Shown: one piece after another, positions 63,261 through 64,000 of the stretch | Layout of the letters: each line of letters opens with the position of its first letter | Numbering within the stretch: the stretch's first letter is position 1 | DNA from: Candidatus Binatia bacterium | Lineage (GTDB): Bacteria; Desulfobacterota; Binatia; HRBIN30 | Direction: 5' to 3' | Assembly: GCA_038245295.1 (NCBI GenBank) | Contig: JBBRSP010000032.1 | Location: forward strand, 7,410-71,409 | DNA length: 64,000 nt | The notes under the pieces: model-generated | What the model saw: the letters and a program-made list of their open reading frames with translations, nothing else | What the model was told of the DNA's origin: nothing | Database searches by the model: none | Position numbers and translations under genes: made by a program

Positions 63261-63845
63261 TCAGATTGACTTGGATTGGGCAGTCTTGCGCAGGTCGGCC
63301 AGCAGCTCCTCGGCACGCTTGTGGCCGGCGCTGGTCAAGCGATAGGCAGTGGATTTGCGTGCTCCCACCGTAGCGACGAGTTGGTTGCGGATGTGGTGTG
63401 CGAGCAGCCGGTCGATACGCTTCGAGGGAAATCCCGAGGCGGCGAGCGACTTGTTGAGTAAGGCGGCCCGGGCTTGCCGGCCTTCTTCGCCGAAATGCTG
63501 CTGGCAACCATAGAGAATGAGCAACAGAGCATCCTCGGCAGACCTCTTGCCCGCGGGGTGAGCCAGCAGAACGATGCGGTTGAGCCGATGGTCCGGACGC
63601 ACGATTTCCGGGCCGCGCTCATCGGCTGCCGCCAGCTCGGCCAGAGCAGCCGGCCGCAGCACCGGCTCGCCGCCGGCGTGCACCAGAGGCTGCGTAACGA
63701 TGAGCTTCTTCCACGCCTCGAGGTGCGCCTCGACCACCGGGCGCGATCCTTCGGCGTCGAACTCGTACGGTCCCAGCTTGATCCGCAGTCGCAAAGCCTC
63801 TGTTGCATCGGAGGGCATGCCCGCTTGTGCCACATCGGCGGCCAC
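63261..63845 (-). CDS. Hypothetical protein with a probable C-terminal winged helix
   Basis: IKLGPYEFDAEG N-terminal motif; YRLTSAGHKRAEELL wHTH-like end. Confidence 0.6.
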   Translation of the reverse strand: MAADVAQAGMPSDATEALRLRIKLGPYEFDAEGSRPVVEAHLEAWKKLIVTQPLVHAGGEPVLRPAALAELAAADERGPEIVRPDHRLNRIVLLAHPAGKRSAEDALLLILYGCQQHFGEEGRQARAALLNKSLAASGFPSKRIDRLLAHHIRNQLVATVGARKSTAYRLTSAGHKRAEELLADLRKTAQSKSI

Positions 63846-63895
63846 ACTGCACGGGTCGATAGTTTTCCCATCTGCGGCCGATCACCGGAACGGCG

Positions 63896-63973
63896 GGAAC
63901 TTGAGGGGAACTTGAGGAACTTGATGGACATCCACTCTCGGGGGCGGGAACTTGATGGACATCCACTCTCGGG
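63896..63973 (+). repeat. Short direct repeats (ggaacttga x4; 27-bp unit x2)
   Basis: ggaacttgatggacatccactctcggg at 63916 and 63947. Confidence 0.85.
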
Positions 63974-64000
63974 TGGGTCGCGTCGAAGGCTCGGGTTGCG

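Noticed and set aside
62908-63973. Possible CRISPR mini-arrays
   Set aside because: Only two copies each, with spacers of 0-4 bp and no cas genes.
1-64000. tRNA, rRNA, riboswitches, integrases, cytochrome c maturation genes
   Set aside because: None recognised by eye. A covariance-model search would be needed to exclude small RNAs.

Overview
High-GC bacterial chromosome segment. A Candidatus Binatia/Binatota-like deltaproteobacterium is a plausible source, inferred from the GDCNxDGxVxVDE dockerin-like motifs, F420 genes and acyl-CoA dehydrogenases, but not verified. The first 17.5 kb is a large extracellular-electron-transfer-type locus. It has six multiheme c-type cytochromes with at least 56 heme motifs, including a tetraheme with the motif order of the Geobacter OmcE nanowire subunit. 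It also has three NHL beta-propeller proteins, an outer-membrane beta-barrel, a Cys-repeat surface protein, a His-rich cytochrome b-like membrane protein and a divergent ferredoxin/flavin NAD(P)H oxidoreductase. The locus carries sigma54-type promoters and a shared paired palindromic upstream motif. The rest of the window holds a bicupin dioxygenase/aldolase/cyclodeaminase operon, secreted cohesin- and dockerin-like proteins, aguAB, acyl-CoA dehydrogenases, F420 biosynthesis genes (cofGHDE) with several F420-dependent enzymes, queG, sigma54/two-component regulators including a degenerate AAA+/histidine-kinase fusion, and several families of small REP-like repeats. I saw no rRNA, tRNA, CRISPR array, integrase or transposase. 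All product calls come from recognising motifs by eye; no database searches were run.
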